The notes: generated by a model not told the origin, from the sequence alone. A DNA stretch of 64,000 bases from a bacterium (GCA_013360195.1 JABWCQ010000011.1:32671-96670); one strand, 5' to 3'. Numbered from the stretch's first letter, positions 28,616 through 38,025 are shown. Made by a program: numbers and translations.

Positions 28616-29818
28616 TTACATGCGGTAACTTAGCGTCAGCAGAGTCTGCGAACTGCGAATATCTTCCTTCAAGCCCGTGGTCACTTCTTCGGTGTACGAG
28701 GCCGTACGCCACGTCGCGTCCAACATCACAGACCGGTCAATCAGAACGCCAAATCCAAGCGAAAGAACTCCCTTGTCGGCATCTTCACCTGCGTCCTTGA
28801 AATTCGACGGCTCAATACTGTATCCCAGTCTGCCCCGGAGTCCGTACGCCGGAAACAGATACTCTCCGCCCAGCGATATTCGAGTTGTGCTCTCATACCG
28901 TTCCCGAATCTGGCGGTTCCCCTCGGCGCGCGTCACTCCTTCATACGGCGTGTCCCCGCGAAACTCAAGCGACTTCCAGTCACGATACTCAATATCGCCC
29001 GCCAACATCCACCGGCCCGGCGCAACACTTGCTCCCATCCGCCAAATCCAAGGATACGACATTTTGTAATCGAAATAACCGTCGTCTCCGTCAATCACCC
29101 ATTCCTCGTTCAAACTCATGGAAAACGGTGTTGATGTCGCAACTCCGATTCGAACCATTCTTCCCGGACGATAAAGTCCGCCCAGATTGAAATTCCAGCC
29201 GCCCAAGTCCGTGAAAATGGACTGTTCTGTCTGAACGGTCGAATTGTATTGTCCAAGTAATGAGTAATCGCTTGAACCCGTCCAATAGTTGATTCCAGCG
29301 CCAACCGACAAATTCGGCGAAATGTCGACGGCTGTCGCAAAGGACCACTGGCCCAGCTTGCCGCTCTCTACTTCATCGAAATTGTCCCAATCCTGCCCGG
29401 CCTGACCGCTCTCGACCTGAGTCCGGCGTTCAAAATCCGTTACCTGCGAGTAACCAAAGGCAAAACTCAAAGCACCCTGATAAACAGGCACGGGAAAAAC
29501 CACACCGATGTTGTTCAGCCGCATCGCGTCTGTTGAGCCTTCACGATTCAAGCCAAAATAACTCGACTCGTTCGAAAATCCAGTTCGCAATAGCGTGCCC
29601 TGTACTTCAATGCGTTTCACCTGCGCCAAACCCGCAGGATTCCACCATATCGCCGAAAAGTCATCTGCGATTCCCGTATATGTGCCGCCCAAGCCAAGCG
29701 CGCGAGCGCCCGAGCCAAGCTGCTGACCTCCGGTCAGCAAGAGACGTTCCGGTATTTCATCCTGTGCAAAAACCAAACTTGCGACAAGAAGCTGTGCGAG
29801 AAGTATGTATCGTGTCAT
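28616..29818 (-). CDS. Outer-membrane beta-barrel protein, FadL/Toluene_X- or PorV-like
   Basis: 400-aa ORF with a signal peptide. GARALGLGGTYTGIADDFSAIWWNPAGLA is the N-terminal plug motif shared by FadL and PorV-type barrels. The rest shows alternating amphipathic strands. Confidence 0.6.
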   Translation of the reverse strand: MTRYILLAQLLVASLVFAQDEIPERLLLTGGQQLGSGARALGLGGTYTGIADDFSAIWWNPAGLAQVKRIEVQGTLLRTGFSNESSYFGLNREGSTDAMRLNNIGVVFPVPVYQGALSFAFGYSQVTDFERRTQVESGQAGQDWDNFDEVESGKLGQWSFATAVDISPNLSVGAGINYWTGSSDYSLLGQYNSTVQTEQSIFTDLGGWNFNLGGLYRPGRMVRIGVATSTPFSMSLNEEWVIDGDDGYFDYKMSYPWIWRMGASVAPGRWMLAGDIEYRDWKSLEFRGDTPYEGVTRAEGNRQIRERYESTTRISLGGEYLFPAYGLRGRLGYSIEPSNFKDAGEDADKGVLSLGFGVLIDRSVMLDATWRTASYTEEVTTGLKEDIRSSQTLLTLSYRM

Positions 29819-29827
29819 TGTCTTTTC

Positions 29828-30430
29828 TTATCGTCTCCGCTTGCCGTTGCGCTTCTGCGAATTATCCTGCGCAGGCTGCGGATTCTTCACTTCCGGTGTT
29901 ACCGGCTGAACTGCCGGAGGAGTAGGATTTGCCGGCGGATTATAGGTGGCTCCGCCCCCTGTCGCGCCGCCGCCGTTATATATCGGCGGGGGGCTTACAT
30001 CGCTTGAACGGCGACCCGGGCGCTGTGACGGCGGTTCACCCGGCTTTCCCGGACTTCCACCCCACCATGGGCGATTGTGATACCAGTCATGCCACCACGG
30101 ACGGCCGTAGTAATCGTAATAGCCGTAGTAGCCCCAATAATAGTTAGGCGAAAACCGGTTGAAATCAAATCCCCACCGCGTGTAACCGCGCGGACGTCCC
30201 CAGTAAGACCAGTTGTCATAGTAATACGGATCATAATTCGGATAGACATCCACCGTTTCCGGCTTCGTCAGCGTCGTATCTATCGCCGTCGAATCGTATC
30301 GGTTGTAAAGCGAATTCTCCGAAAACGGTCCCTGATCTTCCATCCCGGGACGGTAAAGTTTCGTGTAACAACCCGTGGACAAGACCAATAGCCCAAGAGT
30401 TGTAAACAAAATTAAAATGCGGGTCTTCAT
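29828..30430 (-). CDS. Lipoprotein with extreme Tyr/Trp/Gly/Pro-rich low-complexity core and basic tail
   Basis: 200-aa ORF with lipobox LVLSTGC. The core reads YPNYDPYYYDNWSYWGRPRGYTRWGFDFNRFSPNYYWGYYGYYDYYGRPWWHDWYHNRPWWGG. A Pro/Gly/Thr-rich region follows, and the protein ends in ...KRNGKRRR. Confidence 0.6.
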   Translation of the reverse strand: MKTRILILFTTLGLLVLSTGCYTKLYRPGMEDQGPFSENSLYNRYDSTAIDTTLTKPETVDVYPNYDPYYYDNWSYWGRPRGYTRWGFDFNRFSPNYYWGYYGYYDYYGRPWWHDWYHNRPWWGGSPGKPGEPPSQRPGRRSSDVSPPPIYNGGGATGGGATYNPPANPTPPAVQPVTPEVKNPQPAQDNSQKRNGKRRR

Positions 30431-30441
30431 AGCATCCTCTT

Positions 30442-30906
30442 CTATTGCGGGACGGCCCCGACAAACATCACATTGCCGTCCGTACGGTCAAGCTTCAAAA
30501 ACAAATACGCGTAAGTCTCGGCATGACAAACTTCCTGCTGCGGCTGCTCCCGCAACGAGATAACCGTCACGTCCTCATGCCGTGTCACCGCCTCCACGCG
30601 CTCCGCGTAATCTACACAGCCGAATCCTTCAAGCCCCCAGAATATCGCCACCACCATGCTCGAATCAAAATCCACATACGGAGGCGCGAATACACATCCG
30701 TTGCTGCATTCGGGATGGGCAGCCCAAAAATTCTCCCATCGCTGCCATGAACGAAACACCTGAGTGTGCGGCTCATCCACCTGCAGCAAGGTCGATGTCA
30801 AAACCGTTTCATAGGAAATCTGCTCCGGCGCGCTTGCGCCCTCCTCACGGTCACAGGAGGCAAGCAGCATTGCAGTAGCCAATATCGCCAACAGCTTGGA
30901 CATCAT
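30442..30906 (-). CDS. PrcB_C-like lipoprotein
   Basis: 154-aa ORF with lipobox MLLASC. VFRSWQRWENFWAA ... PYVDFDSSMVVAIFWGLEGFGCVDY ... VTVISLRE ... YAYLFLKL follows the PrcB C-terminal domain pattern as I remember it. Confidence 0.45.
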   Translation of the reverse strand: MMSKLLAILATAMLLASCDREEGASAPEQISYETVLTSTLLQVDEPHTQVFRSWQRWENFWAAHPECSNGCVFAPPYVDFDSSMVVAIFWGLEGFGCVDYAERVEAVTRHEDVTVISLREQPQQEVCHAETYAYLFLKLDRTDGNVMFVGAVPQ

Positions 30907-30913
30907 ACCTTTC

Positions 30914-31843
30914 CTACTTCTTCTCCATCAGTATCGTCATGATTGCCTTCTGAGCGTGCAGTCGGTTTTCCGCCTGATCGAACACAACGCTATGCGGGCC
31001 ATCCATAACTCCGTCCGTTATCTCCTTGCCACGTTCAGCAGGCAGGCAGTGCAGAACTATGCAATTCCTGTCCGCATGCGAAACCAACTGCTCGTTCAAT
31101 TGAAAAGCTCGCAGCTTGCGCGCCTTGTCGTCCGCCTGGTCTTTCTGCCCCATCGAAGCCCAAACATCCGTGTACAGCACATGAGATCCTTTGACCGCCC
31201 GCACCGGATCATGTTCAACAATCACTCGTGAATTGCCCAGCTTATTCGCCGCATCCACAAGCTTCATGTCCGGCAGCGTATCTTCTGCAGTGCCGATGAC
31301 CAGCTCGAAATTCAGCCGTTGAGCAAGCTCTATCCAACTATTCGTGATGTTGTTCCCGTCACCCACATAGGTAATCCGGAAATCGTCAAATCGGCCAAGC
31401 TTCTCATACACCGTCTGAATGTCCGCCATGATCTGACAGGGATGCGAGTAATCCGTCAATCCGTTGATGACCGGAATATCCGCGTGCTTCGCCAACTCTT
31501 CCACATCCCTGTGGCTGAATGTGCGAATCATAATGCCGCCCAGATAGCGCGACAGCACCTGAGCCGCGTCGGAAATCGTCTCGCGCTTGCCAAGCTCAAT
31601 CTCCTTCTCGGTAATATACAAAGCGTGCCCGCCCAGCTCGGCAATCCCGACTTCAAACGAAATGCGCGTCCGCAAACTCGCTTTGTGGAAAATCAGCCCC
31701 CAAACTTGCCCTTCAAGCGGCCGAACTTCCTCGTGGCGATTCCTCCGCTCCTTTAACTCGCGGGCAAGTGCTAATGTTTCAATAACCTCGTCACGGCTGA
31801 AGTCGGTGACGGCCAAAAAATCGCGATGATTTCGCATGTACAT
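30914..31843 (-). CDS. argF: Ornithine carbamoyltransferase family enzyme (OTCase; an acyl-ornithine variant cannot be excluded)
   Basis: Motifs SLRTRISFE (STRTR-like), HPCQIMAD, DVWASMG and HCLPAERG. Start is ATG 31843 or 31837; the track start 32002 overlaps the upstream gene. Confidence 0.85.
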   Translation of the reverse strand: MYMRNHRDFLAVTDFSRDEVIETLALARELKERRNRHEEVRPLEGQVWGLIFHKASLRTRISFEVGIAELGGHALYITEKEIELGKRETISDAAQVLSRYLGGIMIRTFSHRDVEELAKHADIPVINGLTDYSHPCQIMADIQTVYEKLGRFDDFRITYVGDGNNITNSWIELAQRLNFELVIGTAEDTLPDMKLVDAANKLGNSRVIVEHDPVRAVKGSHVLYTDVWASMGQKDQADDKARKLRAFQLNEQLVSHADRNCIVLHCLPAERGKEITDGVMDGPHSVVFDQAENRLHAQKAIMTILMEKK

Positions 31844-31890
31844 ATCTGATTTAAGAGTTTCTGTGTTAATTCCGGCAGTTCCGAAGCTAA

Positions 31891-34257
31891 TTACTTCAGG
31901 AACATCAGTTTCTGTGTCCCGACAAAGTGCCCTTTCGCCGACATCCGGACAAAATAAATTCCCGATGTCAACTGCGTCCCGCCATTCGTAACCCCGTTCC
32001 ACCGCAGTTCATACCTTCCCGGTGAAGGAGGCATTTCCGTGCTCGACCAAACCATTTGACCCAGTACATTGTGTATCGAAAACTCCACCGGTCCTGAGGC
32101 CGGTGCATCGTACGCAATCGTTGTTGTCGGATTAAACGGATTCGGATAGACCTTGGATAGTGCGTACTCCGTCGGGAACGGACTCGGATTGCGCGGCGAA
32201 GACAAATCCACTCCCCCCATCACCTGGATGTTGTCAAAATGGATTCCCAGGTCGCCCAGCACGTTATCCGTCTTCAAACGAAAGCGAACATACACATTCG
32301 TGTTTCCGGCCCACGGACTCAGGTCACACCACACCCGGTTCCACGGCTTCTCCAAGTCGCTGAAACCGCGCACCTCTTGCCAGTCCGTCCCGTTCACCGA
32401 TGCGTCCACAAAGAAACTGTCACCCGGCATATCCAGCCTGCCGCGATAATCAAATCGCAAATGAAATGCGTTCCCGCTTGTCAGATTGAGTGAATTGTTA
32501 TACGTGAAGGTCGCGTTTAAGTTGTTCCCGTAGTTTTCGCGGTATCCCGGCCCGTTCGTGTGCACGCAGATCCCGTAGTTCAGAGATGTCGTGTCCACCG
32601 TCTGCCGCCATGCACCGCCTGCCGCCGTCCAATTGCCGATTCCCTGTTCAAAATCCTCACTGAACAAAACCGTTCCCGTCGGCACAGTAAACGTCACCGT
32701 CGTATCGTTGTTATGATAAAAATGGAACGTTCTCGCGATTAAGTTCTGATTCAGCGGCTCCACACGGAAATGAACGACTCCCTCTGGTTTTGAAAGTTCG
32801 ATCATGCCAACATCGTACCGGTAGCGTTGCGGATAGCCGTTGTCAACCAGCACGTCCGCTGAAACTGCCTGACTGGATTCGTTCACCACATTGAAATTCA
32901 AACCGTACCACGGCAGCGGTTCAAGTTCCAACGTCGTCGTCACCGTTGTCCCGCCCGGGTTGACAGTGACCGTGTTTGTGTCGTTGCGGAATCCTTCCTT
33001 GCGCGCCATCACTTGTATCGTCCCCGGCGGCGGCAGAATCGTCGCGCTGCCGTGCTCCTCGTTCGTATACCACGGATTCAAAATTGCCGACCACGAATTC
33101 AAAATCCGGTATTCCGCCGAGATTGGTGCTCCCGTCAGACTGTTCCGTGTATGAATCTTCACCGGCGAACCCTGATTCTGCATGTCATTCCCGTTCGGGA
33201 AATTTATCAATCGCCGCGCCAGCCACTCCATTGGAGGTATCAGCGTCTGTGCCAATCCCGGTAAGTTCGGTGCCGGTGCCAAAGAGTCACAGGTCGGCTG
33301 TATGTCAATCCGTGGACTCGTCTCCGTCAAAATCTGAATCGTCCCCAAATTCCGGTAAAACCAATCGTGCAGCGCGCCATTGCGCGTCGCTCCGATGACT
33401 TCAAGATAGGGCTGCGTCCCCGGATGTTTAATCGTCTTACCAATGTAACCGCGGTTCACGATCCCGATTGCCGTGCAGTCCGGTGCAAACTTCGCATTCC
33501 CGTCAAGTCCCCACTGCCAAGCGACAATACACCGCTCCGACACATTCCCCGAACGCGAAGAGTGCCACACAATCGAAACCGTCGGTTTTATCCTCAATGC
33601 TAAATCTCTCACCGCCCGCGATTCCGGTTCCGAGAACGGTCCCGGCCCGCGAAAATAGTCAAATGGCTCCACGTTCTCGCGCACAAACAGCGTGTCGCCG
33701 TATATCCAATTGATATCCCAGTTACGGTTCAAATCCACTCCGCATGAATCCTCGCCCATGCCTTGCACGACAATGCAGGAATCCAAATGAAGTTCCGGCG
33801 GTACATAACCGTTCTTTCGCCAATAATTGTCGAGTCCCAGAGAGATGACCTCCAACCCGTCCGGATTCATCGTCGGCACAACATAAACCTGCGTCTGATT
33901 CCGAATCGTCCGGTACGGCTCCTGATTCGTCACCAGCTTCTGCATGAACCGAAGCGTCGCCTCCATACCCGCCACCTCTTCGGCATGGATATGAGCGATA
34001 ATGAGATTCACCGGCTCGTCCTCGAACGTTGCTACATTGTCTGAGATCTTCACCGAGTAAAGCGGAAACTGATGGCCAAGCATCTCCCCGCGGGAATGAC
34101 CGATCGAGTCCACCTGAACAAACTGCGGAAAATCTGACTGCAAATCAAAAATGAACTCATAGAGTTCATCAAGCGTGTGATAACACGAGTCCAAGCCTTG
34201 CGCATACACGCCGCTTGATAAAACGAGCACACTTAGAATACAAAAGATGCTGCGCAT
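31891..34257 (-). CDS. M14 family zinc carboxypeptidase with C-terminal T9SS sorting domain
   Basis: Zinc/active-site blocks are HIHAEEVAG (HxxE), VPTMNPDG and DLNRNW. ATG 34257 (GAGGA 8 nt upstream) gives the signal peptide MRSIFCILSVLVLSSGVYA; ATG 34296 and 34272 are alternatives. The C-terminus reads VYPNPFNPTTTIAY...LMFLK. Confidence 0.8.
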   Translation of the reverse strand: MRSIFCILSVLVLSSGVYAQGLDSCYHTLDELYEFIFDLQSDFPQFVQVDSIGHSRGEMLGHQFPLYSVKISDNVATFEDEPVNLIIAHIHAEEVAGMEATLRFMQKLVTNQEPYRTIRNQTQVYVVPTMNPDGLEVISLGLDNYWRKNGYVPPELHLDSCIVVQGMGEDSCGVDLNRNWDINWIYGDTLFVRENVEPFDYFRGPGPFSEPESRAVRDLALRIKPTVSIVWHSSRSGNVSERCIVAWQWGLDGNAKFAPDCTAIGIVNRGYIGKTIKHPGTQPYLEVIGATRNGALHDWFYRNLGTIQILTETSPRIDIQPTCDSLAPAPNLPGLAQTLIPPMEWLARRLINFPNGNDMQNQGSPVKIHTRNSLTGAPISAEYRILNSWSAILNPWYTNEEHGSATILPPPGTIQVMARKEGFRNDTNTVTVNPGGTTVTTTLELEPLPWYGLNFNVVNESSQAVSADVLVDNGYPQRYRYDVGMIELSKPEGVVHFRVEPLNQNLIARTFHFYHNNDTTVTFTVPTGTVLFSEDFEQGIGNWTAAGGAWRQTVDTTSLNYGICVHTNGPGYRENYGNNLNATFTYNNSLNLTSGNAFHLRFDYRGRLDMPGDSFFVDASVNGTDWQEVRGFSDLEKPWNRVWCDLSPWAGNTNVYVRFRLKTDNVLGDLGIHFDNIQVMGGVDLSSPRNPSPFPTEYALSKVYPNPFNPTTTIAYDAPASGPVEFSIHNVLGQMVWSSTEMPPSPGRYELRWNGVTNGGTQLTSGIYFVRMSAKGHFVGTQKLMFLK
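31894..32169 (-). other. T9SS type-A C-terminal sorting domain (Por secretion tail) of the M14 peptidase
   Basis: EYALSKVYPNPFNPTTTIAYDAP...SGIYFVRMSAKGHFVGTQKLMFLK. The NPFNPxT start and G.Y/K-terminal end are shared with the two other cargo proteins in the window. Confidence 0.75.
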
Positions 34258-34333
34258 GATGCGGGTCCTCATGTGTCTTCTCTCTCTAATCCTCATTCAA
34301 GTCCGTCCCGGTCTGTCTTGCCCTGAAAATGCT

Positions 34334-34365
34334 GCGGCGCGGGGCAGATTTGTGCCCCGCGCCGC
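34334..34365 (-). terminator. Intrinsic terminator after the 1041-aa repeat protein gene
   Basis: GCGGCGCGGGGCA (34334-34346), GATTTG loop, TGCCCCGCGCCGC (34353-34365). This is a 13-bp perfect stem, with AUUUUC following on the minus strand. Confidence 0.6.
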
Positions 34366-34374
34366 GCTGTACGC

Positions 34375-37300
34375 TTACTTAATCAACACCATCTTCTTTA
34401 CCGTCTGGAAACTCGGAGTCTCGAGCCGGTAGAAGTATGTACCCGAAGACAACTCTGATGCGTCGAAACGCACCTGATACGTGCCCGCATGCATCACTTC
34501 GTCCACCAAAGTCGAAACCAGCTGGCCAAGTGTGTTGAATACTCCAATCCTAACTGCCTCCGTCGCTGGAAGAGTGAATCGGAACTCCGTTGTCGGGTTA
34601 AACGGATTCGGAAAATTCTGCGTCAGCATGTATTCCCGCGGCATCGGAGCCGGAAGTTCACGAACACTCACCGTGTAGTCGTTCACCCAGTTGCCCCAGA
34701 TGTTCTGCAGAGGCTCTTTACCCGATGAACGCCAGTCCACCCACACCGCCGACACGCCGCCATGATAGTCATGCGCAAGTGCCGGCTGATTCTGGTTCTG
34801 ATACTCCACGTTGATCGCACCGCCCAGCGGCGTCTCGCCGCTCGACTGATCCCACCACGGCTCGGCAATATTGCTCTGCTCGTCAAGATGCAAACCGTAG
34901 ATATCCGAATAAGGATTCGTGCGGCCGTCTTCCCAAACCATGTACAGCCCGTCACTCCACTCAACCAGCAATTGCTGATCGCTCTGGTCGCTGTTCGCGC
35001 CGCAAATCCAGCGACCGGTCTGTTCCGGCCAGATCCGCGATCCGTCCGGATTCAACTTCTGTCCAAAGAGATCAAGATTCGCTCCATTACGGAAATCCTG
35101 CCACACCACGAACACTCTGCTCTGGCTGTCCACAGCCAGCCGCGGCAGCTTCTGGTCCTGCGCAAAAGTTACAATCAACCTGCCATTGTTCGTCCACTGC
35201 GCCTGTCCGGCTGCGTTCAATCGCTGGCCATAGATGTCCTTCGATTGAATCTCATCGCGGTCGTCCGTCCATACAAGATACACTCCGCCCTGGCCATCTG
35301 CGGCTATCTGAGGCTCCTGCTGATTGCGCGGCGCCGTCGAAACCGCCGTCTGCCACGCAACCGTGCCGTCTCCGCAGACTTTCGCTGCCCGAACGTCAAG
35401 CTGACCGAACTCGCCCGTCTGCCAAACCGCGACCACGCACCCGTTACCGTCGGCCACCGCAAACGGATTCGAATCATCCGAAGTTGCGTCGCTCGATAAT
35501 AACGCCGGCTCGTTCCACATCGGCTCGCAGTCCGCGTTCATCCGCATCGCATAAACGTCAAGCTGGAAGTTCTGGTCAAAACCTGCCCAAACCACGTAGC
35601 AGCCGCCCGCTCCGTCAGGAACAACTTGTGCGTCCTTCTGGTCAACACCAGAGGCCGATACAATCGCACCCGCGCTGTCGCAAGCCAAATGTCCATTCTG
35701 TCCCACGCGCTGCAAACGAATCTGAATCAATCCGTCCGCCAGATTCTCGAACACACAGTAGAAACCGTTGTTGTCGTCCGTGCATACAAAAGGCTTGGCC
35801 TGACCGAACACGTCGCCCGCTACCGAAACCGGTGCGATCGGAGAGCCGTTCTCTGGAATATGCGGGAACGTGCGATCATATGTTGTGTCTAAAACCTGAT
35901 AGTAAATCTGCTTGCCGTAGTTTACTCCACGGTTGTCTTCCCAAACAAATGCGACGTTGCCCCAGAACATTCTTACGTTCATCGGACTTGTCGCGTCGCC
36001 GTCCAAGCCGAAAATAATCTCCTGGTCACGTTCGACCACGCATGTTGCAAGATTGCACTGAGCAACGCGCACCGTGCGTGAACCGCGATAGAAGTCGGCG
36101 TAAATACAGAACACGTCGCTGCCGTCGCCGCTCATGCGCAATACCGCTTCCTGCTGCTGGTTGTTCCCTGTGTTCACCGCAACACCGCAGTCGCCGCACT
36201 GCTGCACGCCGCTCGCGTTCAAGTGCTGAATATATGTGTTGTATTGCGTAATGTCACCTGCATCGTGGCGAGTGTCATCCCAAACGTACATTCCGCCACC
36301 GGCTAAATCCGAAGTCAAACGGCTGTTGTCACGCGACTCGCCCGTGCCGCCCGGTCCTGCATTGCCGCACACCTTCACGCCGTTCGCCGTCCATAAATGG
36401 CTGCCCGCGGCATTCGTCTTCTGTGCAAACACTTCTTCCACCGAACCGTTCTCGCGCACGTCCTGCCAGCACGTCAGCACACCGTCCTGAGCGTCATTGT
36501 TGAAGCTCGGAGTGATACGCGCGCCGCGCTGATCATCGTTTGCATTGCAAACCACTATTCCATCTTCAGTCCACTGTGCGTCACCGGCTCCATTGAATCG
36601 CTGCATGTACAGGTTGTTCGATGTGCCGTCACGTTCATCCTGCCAAATAAAGTAGGCACCGCCCGTCGTGTAGTCCGGACACAGCTTCAAGCCCAACTGA
36701 CGGCTCGTGAAATCACACACTGCGCGGCCGCCAACTCCGCCCCACGGCAGAGTGCCGCTGTTCGTTATTTTGGCCGCAAACACGTTGCCGCCGTCACGGT
36801 TGTCATTCCAACCGACGATCAAACCGCCCTGTCCGTCCGTGTCAGCCGTGATTCCTGTCTGCACACCGGATGCGTCCGTCACTGAAACGACGCTGCCCCA
36901 GCCGCGTTGTCCGTTTGACAAAATTCTCTGCGCGTAAATATCCGCCGCGTCGCCGCGACGTGTGTCTTCCCATGCCACAATTGCGCCGCCCGAACCGTCC
37001 GTTGCGCCGCGAAGCGTTGTTTCATTGGTCATTGAGGTCGTGTTCGTGTCCACGATCATCCCGTCCGGATGCCACAGCTTGGCGCCCGTGTAGTCGAGCT
37101 TCTGTGCAAACACGTCGCCCGTGCTGTCATAACGAAAGTCAATCCACGCAATGATGAAACCGCCGTCCGTTACGATCGGCTCTGGATCCTCTTGCCGGAA
37201 CGGATAATTGATCACATGCACCGGCCAGCCCGGTGCCAGATCACCATCCGGCTCTATCAACTGTGCGAAAACATCACGGTCACCTGTTCGAGTGTCCGAC

Positions 37301-37500
37301 CACGTCATCAACGTGTAACCGTTGGCATCCGTGTACGCGGCGCGTTGCCACTCGATGTGATGGCCTTGCCTTATCGGGCGTCCCGGGGGACCCCATTGGC
37401 GGGGATCGTCAGCGAACGATACACTCACGTTCCACAGCAGACCGACCGTGCATAGCAGCAGTGCGAAGTACCTCAATGAGGCGGTGCTGGGTCTCTTCAT
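34375..37500 (-). CDS. Large secreted repeat protein (about 16 W-x-D-x-R / D-[IV]-[YF]-[AG]-Q units, propeller-like) with T9SS sorting domain
   Basis: ATG 37500 (GAGGAG 9 nt upstream) gives the signal peptide MKRPSTASLRYFALLLCTVGLLWNVSVSFA. A unit of ~50-60 aa recurs about 16 times (see findings). The C-terminus reads FPNPFNPTTEFRF...KKMVLIK. Confidence 0.75.
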   Translation of the reverse strand: MKRPSTASLRYFALLLCTVGLLWNVSVSFADDPRQWGPPGRPIRQGHHIEWQRAAYTDANGYTLMTWSDTRTGDRDVFAQLIEPDGDLAPGWPVHVINYPFRQEDPEPIVTDGGFIIAWIDFRYDSTGDVFAQKLDYTGAKLWHPDGMIVDTNTTSMTNETTLRGATDGSGGAIVAWEDTRRGDAADIYAQRILSNGQRGWGSVVSVTDASGVQTGITADTDGQGGLIVGWNDNRDGGNVFAAKITNSGTLPWGGVGGRAVCDFTSRQLGLKLCPDYTTGGAYFIWQDERDGTSNNLYMQRFNGAGDAQWTEDGIVVCNANDDQRGARITPSFNNDAQDGVLTCWQDVRENGSVEEVFAQKTNAAGSHLWTANGVKVCGNAGPGGTGESRDNSRLTSDLAGGGMYVWDDTRHDAGDITQYNTYIQHLNASGVQQCGDCGVAVNTGNNQQQEAVLRMSGDGSDVFCIYADFYRGSRTVRVAQCNLATCVVERDQEIIFGLDGDATSPMNVRMFWGNVAFVWEDNRGVNYGKQIYYQVLDTTYDRTFPHIPENGSPIAPVSVAGDVFGQAKPFVCTDDNNGFYCVFENLADGLIQIRLQRVGQNGHLACDSAGAIVSASGVDQKDAQVVPDGAGGCYVVWAGFDQNFQLDVYAMRMNADCEPMWNEPALLSSDATSDDSNPFAVADGNGCVVAVWQTGEFGQLDVRAAKVCGDGTVAWQTAVSTAPRNQQEPQIAADGQGGVYLVWTDDRDEIQSKDIYGQRLNAAGQAQWTNNGRLIVTFAQDQKLPRLAVDSQSRVFVVWQDFRNGANLDLFGQKLNPDGSRIWPEQTGRWICGANSDQSDQQLLVEWSDGLYMVWEDGRTNPYSDIYGLHLDEQSNIAEPWWDQSSGETPLGGAINVEYQNQNQPALAHDYHGGVSAVWVDWRSSGKEPLQNIWGNWVNDYTVSVRELPAPMPREYMLTQNFPNPFNPTTEFRFTLPATEAVRIGVFNTLGQLVSTLVDEVMHAGTYQVRFDASELSSGTYFYRLETPSFQTVKKMVLIK
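34378..34635 (-). other. T9SS type-A C-terminal sorting domain of the repeat protein
   Basis: EYMLTQNFPNPFNPTTEFRFTLP...SGTYFYRLETPSFQTVKKMVLIK. Confidence 0.75.
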
Positions 37501-37582
37501 CTTGCCTGACTCCTCTAACTGATACAAAGGGGAATAAAAAACAATATCTTAAGTTTCTTCGAAAACATTCTTCCAGTCTGTG

Positions 37583-37611
37583 AAAATAAGCATTCCCCAT
37601 CCGAGTTGCAA
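37583..37611 (-). promoter_or_regulatory. Putative sigma70-type promoter of the repeat protein gene
   Basis: On the minus strand: TTGCAA (37611-37606), 17 nt, TATTTT (37588-37583). It ends 83 nt upstream of ATG 37500. Confidence 0.35.
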
Positions 37612-38025
37612 GTAACCTCATGGATTTTGAGAAATTACATCCTGTGTTTTCAATTACTTTGCATACTACGTTCACCGAAAGAGAGGCACTCCTACAAGCC
37701 GCTCTTTATTCGTCTTACAACCTTCATCATCCTTCGGTTCAATTGGGGCACGGCATCTCTTGAAATCTGAAGTCTTTTTCAAGATTTCTATTCTGTCACC
37801 CCGAACATAGCAAAAGATCACTTCATGCCTGCAAATACTCTTTCATCCCGCAACTTAGTCACGAGCAACTGGCACCGGCGAATGCACGATTTCCTGTAAA
37901 GACTTCCGGCTCCAAGAGCCTCTCTATTTCTTCAAATTCCAATGTCATGCCTCTTTAGACCTTCTTTTTTGACTAACCTTATCTAAATCATACACTTCCT
38001 AAGTTCAATATTTGAGTTTTTTCTC

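Noticed and set aside
34481-37583. Plus-strand ORFs within the 1041-aa repeat protein gene (for example 34762..35499, 35484..36017, 36397..36885)
   Set aside because: They are antisense shadows with Arg/Pro/Ser-rich translations. The minus frame shows a signal peptide, 16 regular repeats and a T9SS tail.
37731-37755. GGTTCAATTGGGG, superficially like a tRNA T-loop (GGTTCRANYC)
   Set aside because: The flanks do not form a T-stem or an acceptor stem and no anticodon arm can be drawn. I found no tRNA, rRNA or tmRNA anywhere in the window.
37621-37779. 52-codon ORF (MDFEKLHPVFSITLHTTFTEREALLQAALYSSYNLHHPSVQLGHGIS) in the long intergenic gap
   Set aside because: It has no ribosome-binding site and no recognisable motif, and it sits between divergent promoters. 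It is kept only as a note under the intergenic finding.
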